Source: an uncultured Chloroflexia bacterium
Lineage (GTDB): Bacteria > Chloroflexota > Limnocylindria > Limnocylindrales > CSP1-4
Reading direction: 5' to 3'
Length of the DNA: 64,000 nt
Assembly (NCBI GenBank): GCA_963842695.1
Contig: CAWJHK010000006.1
Coordinates: forward strand, 163,761 to 227,760
Position 1 is the first letter of the stretch. Every line of letters starts with the position of its first letter. Both the position numbers and the translations under genes were made by a program. Shown in pieces: positions 59,213 to 64,000 of the stretch. The notes under the pieces were generated by a model, which did no database searches, was not told where the DNA came from, and saw only the letters and a program-made list of their open reading frames with translations.

Positions 59213-59476
59213 ATGGACATCCAGAAGGACGCGATGCGCCTCGCGACGATCGCGACCGTGTTCGTATGGGTCGGCTGGCTGGCCGTCCTGTTCGCGTTCA
59301 TCGCCGGGATCCTGTGGTGGATCGACCTGACCGCCCGGGAGACGATCAACTTCATCCAGGCGTTCGCGATCTCGTCGTCGGCCATCGGTGGACCGCTGTT
59401 CCTGGCGTTGATCGTGGCCGGACTCGGCCACTTCCTCCGCCTGTTCGCACTGTACGTCGCCAGTCGGAGCCAGTAG
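59213..59476 (+). CDS. small 2-TM membrane protein
   Basis: GGAGG RBS, two hydrophobic segments, GC3 bias. Confidence 0.7.
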   Translation: MDIQKDAMRLATIATVFVWVGWLAVLFAFIAGILWWIDLTARETINFIQAFAISSSAIGGPLFLALIVAGLGHFLRLFALYVASRSQ

Positions 59477-59497
59477 CCCGATCGGGGGAACCGTCAC

Positions 59498-60991
59498 ATG
59501 ACCCGTCGTCTGCTCGCTTTGATCGCGGTCGCCCTGCTCGCGGCCGGCTGCTCCACGGCTGCCGCCGGCGACGAGACGTCGGAGGGAAGTGGCGGCGAGC
59601 TCGGCGCGACGCAATGGGTGCTCCAGTCGTACGCCGTGGCAGGCGCCCTGACGATCGTCCCCGAAGGCCAGTTCGTCGACGCCAACTTCGAGTCCGGTCG
59701 CGTGTTCGGGTTCGGCGGCTGCAACAGCTATGACGCCATCTACCGCGGTGGGGGCCTGTTGCTGCTGATCAGCATGCCGGCAACGACGCTTCGCCTGTGC
59801 GACGACGAGGCGAATCAGCTGGAGCAGACCTACCTGCAGCTCCTCGAGCAGAGTCGCTTCTACAACGTCCAGGGGCGCACCCTCACGATCCGCGGCGCCG
59901 ACCGGTCGGCCATCCTGGTCTATGAGGCGGCTCCGAACAACCCGCTGCTCGGCAAGTGGCTCGTCGATTCCTACAGCAACGGGAATGGCGCAACCGTCGC
60001 CCCGGTTCCCGACAGCAATCCCGCCGTGGTCTTCGGCATCCGGGACGTGAACGGTACGACCGGCTGCAACTCGTTCGTCGGCAGCTACACGACGAACGGC
60101 GACGTGGTGGCGGTCGGCCCGCTGGCGTCGACGAGGATGGCCTGCGCCGACGCACTCGGTGCACAGGACACCGAGCTCATCGCGGCCCTCCAGGGCGTCG
60201 GCCGAGTCGAGTACCGTGGCGTGCGCGTGACCTTGACTGGAGCGCGGGGCGGACAGCAGGTCTTCCTCGTCCGACCGTCCGCGGTCGAGGCCTCGCCGTC
60301 GCCGAGCGCCAGCGCCGCCGCCAGCGCCGTTCCCAGTGCGAGCGCATCTGCCGCTCCCAGTGCGTCGCCCAGCCCGACGCCGACCTCCGCGCCGACCCCG
60401 ACCGCCACCCCGCAACCGACCCCGAGCCCGACCGCCAAGCCGACGGCCGCCCCGACCGGCACGCCGGCACCGACCGTCGTGCCGCCGGCGTCGCTCCCGC
60501 CGACCGCGACCTGCCAGGTGACGGCCAGCTCGGGTGGCGCGACCGTGCCCGTCGCGACGATCGTCTACCCGATGAACTGGTTCACGGTCGCCACCCCGGC
60601 GAACCTCGCATGCCGCTACTTCAGCCCGACCGCGATCACCGTCCCGTCCGATCCGACCGCACTGGTGACGGCGGTCATGATCCAGGTCGACACGACCGCC
60701 ACGTACCAGGCTGCGCTGACCGCTGCGACGAACCCGACCGCATGGAACGTCCTCCAGAACGACGCCGTCACGGTGGGCGGCCTCCCGGCCCACCAGATCG
60801 AGGCGACCTCCACGGCCGGTTCACCGGGCTACCCGGTCGGCACGACCCGCTATGGCTACCTGATCGATATCGGTGGGCACCCGGCGTGGATCGTGACGTC
60901 CGGCCAGCTGGGCTCGGCGGCGTACACGACGAACGTCGGCGTCGTCGACCTGATGGCTGCGGAGTCCACGTTCACTCCCATCCCGTCCTGA
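59498..60991 (+). CDS. lipoprotein with two META domains, Pro/Thr/Ser linker and an unknown C-terminal domain
   Basis: Lipobox LAAGC; GFGGCNSY...TLRLC and GTTGCNSF...STRMAC. Confidence 0.85.
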   Translation: MTRRLLALIAVALLAAGCSTAAAGDETSEGSGGELGATQWVLQSYAVAGALTIVPEGQFVDANFESGRVFGFGGCNSYDAIYRGGGLLLLISMPATTLRLCDDEANQLEQTYLQLLEQSRFYNVQGRTLTIRGADRSAILVYEAAPNNPLLGKWLVDSYSNGNGATVAPVPDSNPAVVFGIRDVNGTTGCNSFVGSYTTNGDVVAVGPLASTRMACADALGAQDTELIAALQGVGRVEYRGVRVTLTGARGGQQVFLVRPSAVEASPSPSASAAASAVPSASASAAPSASPSPTPTSAPTPTATPQPTPSPTAKPTAAPTGTPAPTVVPPASLPPTATCQVTASSGGATVPVATIVYPMNWFTVATPANLACRYFSPTAITVPSDPTALVTAVMIQVDTTATYQAALTAATNPTAWNVLQNDAVTVGGLPAHQIEATSTAGSPGYPVGTTRYGYLIDIGGHPAWIVTSGQLGSAAYTTNVGVVDLMAAESTFTPIPS

Positions 60992-61702
60992 TGGCCGAAC
61001 CGGTCGGCCCGGAGCCGGCCACCGACGCCTGCGGGTGCGATGCCTTCGCGTCGATCTTCGACCGCCGGACAGCCGCGCGCGACCGGGATCGCTACGAGCG
61101 CGACGGCCCTGATCGCACGACGCGGCTGCTGCTGGAGCTCCTGACGCCCTACCGGTCTGCCGGTGACAGCCTCCTCGACATCGGTGGCGGGATCGGGATC
61201 GTCGACGTCGAGCTGCTCCGAACGGGGACCGGTCATGCCGTGCTGGTCGATGCCTCGACGGCCTACCTCGAGGTGGCCCGCCAGCAGGCTCGCCGGGCCG
61301 GCCTGCTCGACCGGATCGAGTTCGTCGAGGGCGATTTCGTGCGGCGCGCCGAGGCGATCGAGCGGGCCGACATCGTGACCCTCGACCGCGTGGTCTGCTG
61401 CTATCACGACATGGACGCCCTGGTCGGGCTGTCGAGCCAGCGGGCGCGGACCGCGTACGGGCTGGTCCTGCCCCGCGATCGCTGGATCACCCGGCTCGCG
61501 ATCGCCGCCGCCAACCTCACCTACCGCCTGCGACGCCGGGCGTACCGCGCCTACGTCCACCCGACGAGCCGGGTGGACGAGATCGCCGCCGGCAACGGCC
61601 TCGTGCCGCGCGGCGGAGCGACAGACGTGGGTCTGGCGCGTCGTGGTGTACGACCGGGCGGCCGTCACCGGTTCGGCGGCCCAGGCGACCCAGGCGGCCT
61701 AG
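60991..61702 (+). CDS. class I SAM-dependent methyltransferase; frameshift near 61610
   Basis: TGATG overlap; LLDIGGGIG, VDAS, GDF, LDRVVCCY. Confidence 0.82.
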
Positions 61703-62895
61703 GCGGCCGGTCTGACCGCGGCCTCCGAGCCGCGGACCTCGACGGCGGCCGACCGGGCCCTGCCCGCGAGCAACAGCACCAGCCCGCTGGCGAAGGCGAG
61801 GATCGCGGCGCCGGTCATCGCCGGGCCGAGCCCGACCTCGACCGACAGGAAGCCCATGAACGGCGGGTACAGGATCGCGCCGACCACCGCGATCCCCGAC
61901 AGGAAGCCGCTCACGGCCGCCGACCGCGTGGGGTACCGATCGCCCGCCACGGCCATGATCAGCGGATAGACCGGTCCGAACGCGAAGCCGACGACGCCGA
62001 ACAGGACGATCGATCCCGGCAGCGACGGCACGACGACGGCCCCGACGAGCGCGACGGCACTCACGAACGCCGCGATCGCCGCGAACCGGGCGTGGTCGAA
62101 CCGGTCGCTCCATCTGGCGCTCGCCAGCCGGCCGAGCGCGAGGCAGCCCCAGAACAGCGCCAGCGTCGAGGTGGCCAGCCCGACGGTCGCCGCATCGAGG
62201 AACCGGACGAGCCAGTTCGACACGCCGAGCTCGGCGGCGACGTAGCAGCTGATCGCCACGGCCAGCAGGACGAGCGGCCAGGCGAAGGTGACCCGCGGCG
62301 ATCCGTCGACGCGCACCGTCCGGTGGCGGCCGGACGGCAGGTCGGCCAGCGCGAGTGCGGCCGCCAGCGGCAGGGCGGCGAGCGCCGTGCCGAGGACCAC
62401 CGCCTGCCAGGGCACGCCCCGTTCCACGAGCTGACCGGCGACGAGCGGGCAGGCGAGGGCTCCCACGCTGAACGCCAGGTGCAGCAGGTTGAGGGCGCGT
62501 CCCCGACTGGTCGGGTAGAGGTCGAGGATGAGCCCGTTCGAACCGCCGTCGAGGATGCCACCCCCGATCCCCATCGGCACCGCCGCGACCAGCGCCCACG
62601 ACCAGGACGGGGCACCTGCCAACGCTGCGAGGCCGCCGGCCGAGAGGAGGACGCCGGCGGTCAGGACGACCCGCCGGCCGATCCGCTCCGTGAGGAAGCC
62701 TCCCCCCATCGACCCCGTCACCGAGCCCAGCGAGCTGACGAGGAACCAGACGCCCATGCCGGCGTCGGTCTGGCCGAACCCCGCCTCGATCGACCGGATC
62801 AGGGCGGCCGGCAGGAGCATGGTCCAGCCGACGAACAGCAGGCCGGCACACCCAAGGAGCGCGGCGAGGTCGGGCCGTCGGACGGAGGATGACAT
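61699..62895 (-). CDS. MFS transporter
   Basis: GFLTERIGRR motif, about 12 TM helices; TAGCAT-N6-ATG. Confidence 0.9.
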   Translation of the reverse strand: MSSSVRRPDLAALLGCAGLLFVGWTMLLPAALIRSIEAGFGQTDAGMGVWFLVSSLGSVTGSMGGGFLTERIGRRVVLTAGVLLSAGGLAALAGAPSWSWALVAAVPMGIGGGILDGGSNGLILDLYPTSRGRALNLLHLAFSVGALACPLVAGQLVERGVPWQAVVLGTALAALPLAAALALADLPSGRHRTVRVDGSPRVTFAWPLVLLAVAISCYVAAELGVSNWLVRFLDAATVGLATSTLALFWGCLALGRLASARWSDRFDHARFAAIAAFVSAVALVGAVVVPSLPGSIVLFGVVGFAFGPVYPLIMAVAGDRYPTRSAAVSGFLSGIAVVGAILYPPFMGFLSVEVGLGPAMTGAAILAFASGLVLLLAGRARSAAVEVRGSEAAVRPAA

Positions 62896-62943
62896 CAGCA
62901 GATGCTAGCGGCGCGGCCCTTCCGGGTGTGGCGGCCGGCCCGC

Positions 62944-63660
62944 TCAGTGCCCGACCCGGGACCTCGGACGGACCTGGTCGAGGTCGGCGGAGGGCCGCAG
63001 GCGGAGGTCGTTCCACAGCCGCCGCCGGAACGTTTCGTACTCGCGGACGGCGAGGGCCTCGTTGCCTTCGTCGACGAATGCCTCGATGAGCGCGCGCTCG
63101 GCGGTCTCGCTCAGCGGTTCGATCGCGAGCGCCGTCTGCGCGACCTCGACGGCCTCGGCGTGCCGGCCCGCCGCGATGAGTCGCTCGGCCAGCGCATCGA
63201 GCGCCCGCAGCCGGAGCTGGCGGAAATGCTCGCGCTCGGGCTCGATCCAGTCCTGCTCCCAGTCGGGCAGGAGCTCCCGGCCGAGGACGCCGACGACGCG
63301 TTCGATGCTGGTCGGCAGCCGGTCGGTGGTGGCCAGGTCGCGGGCGAGGATGATCGCGTCACGCAGGTCGACACGAAGCCACGGAACGAGCTCCAGGCTC
63401 TCACCGCGCGTCCGGACGATCGGCCCGGGTGCCGGCTGGTGGAGGCGGTAGATCGCGGACCGGAGACCGGCCAGGGCCCGGCGCTCGGTGAGGGCGGGCC
63501 AGAGCGCATCGGCCACGACCGACCGTCGGACCGGCCGGTCTCGGATGGCCAGATAGCCGAGCACCATCGCCGATCGCGGCGGCACGTCGACGTCGCTGGT
63601 CCCCGCGCGCAGCCGGAACCGGTCGAGGATCTCGAGCTCTACGGTTGGTCGGTCGATCAC
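62944..63660 (-). CDS. SARP/AfsR family (BTAD) transcriptional regulator
   Basis: LAI...RS.VADALWP...LRSAIYRL, VDL, ELLPDW..DW..ERE, EPLSE, EGN..A...Y...L..DL.L.PS. Confidence 0.85.
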   Translation of the reverse strand: MIDRPTVELEILDRFRLRAGTSDVDVPPRSAMVLGYLAIRDRPVRRSVVADALWPALTERRALAGLRSAIYRLHQPAPGPIVRTRGESLELVPWLRVDLRDAIILARDLATTDRLPTSIERVVGVLGRELLPDWEQDWIEPEREHFRQLRLRALDALAERLIAAGRHAEAVEVAQTALAIEPLSETAERALIEAFVDEGNEALAVREYETFRRRLWNDLRLRPSADLDQVRPRSRVGH

Positions 63661-63904
63661 GCGTCCCGCAGCTCCACGGCCGGTCGAGGTGCCGAGGACC
63701 CGGCGCACTGGCGCCGCGTTCGCCAGTGCGAATGCGGTTTCCGCCCGTAGGCCCCCCGGCTGGATGCGTGCTCGGAGCGTGGCAGTCGGGCGGGCCGCGG
63801 GTCAATAGGCAACCCGACGCATCGGGGGTGGTACGACCGGGCGCCGGCGGGCACCGATGCCCCGCGACGTGGCCCGGACCCGGCGGCCGTGTATGGTCCG
63901 GACC

Positions 63905-64000
63905 ATGGCCAGCGGTCCCTCCGCCGGCGCCGGCGCCACCTCGCCGAGCCGCCGGCCACCGACCCCGAGCGGTGTCCTGTTCTTCGTCCACGGCGCCAAC
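63905..64000 (+). CDS. 5' end of a probable alpha/beta-hydrolase-like gene (runs off window; absent from ORF track)
   Basis: TATGGT-N7-ATG; MASGPSAGAGATSPSRRPPTPSGVLFFVHGAN. Confidence 0.6.
   Translation, partial: MASGPSAGAGATSPSRRPPTPSGVLFFVHGAN

Noticed and set aside
1-64000. Mobile elements, prophage, tRNA or rRNA genes
   Set aside because: No transposase, integrase, phage gene, terminal repeat or tRNA/rRNA signature was recognised by eye.

Overview
A 64 kb, very GC-rich bacterial chromosomal segment with about 70 genes. The gene content (PAC2 protein, F420-dependent reductase, C-terminally anchored peptide-binding protein, pervasive leaderless promoters) suggests a monoderm soil organism such as Chloroflexota/Limnocylindria; this is inference only. 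I found no rRNA, tRNA, CRISPR array, integrase or transposase. Many single-base frameshifts, densest in the first 11 kb, look like long-read consensus errors. Most genes are housekeeping or accessory: a peptide ABC system, two other ABC systems, MFS transporters, MscS, aquaporin, three DNA glycosylases, a DEAD-box helicase, YbaK, an amidase and aminotransferases. Best leads: (1) a GreA with an intact acidic tip fused behind a degenerate GIY-YIG-nuclease-like domain (38896-40155); (2) a WYL regulator whose operator/-10 cassette is duplicated in front of an unannotated small gene and sits back-to-back with a HipA-like kinase/DUF3037 pair; (3) a 2162-aa soluble 7xGAF-5xPAS NarX/DosS-type kinase with two response regulators and a divergent cupredoxin operon; (4) a multi-block leader motif shared by two unlinked TTG-start secreted enzymes; (5) about 19 genes with a TANNNT-N6-8-start leaderless layout; (6) microproteins and candidate structured RNAs missed by the ORF track. 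Family assignments come from motif recognition, not from database searches.
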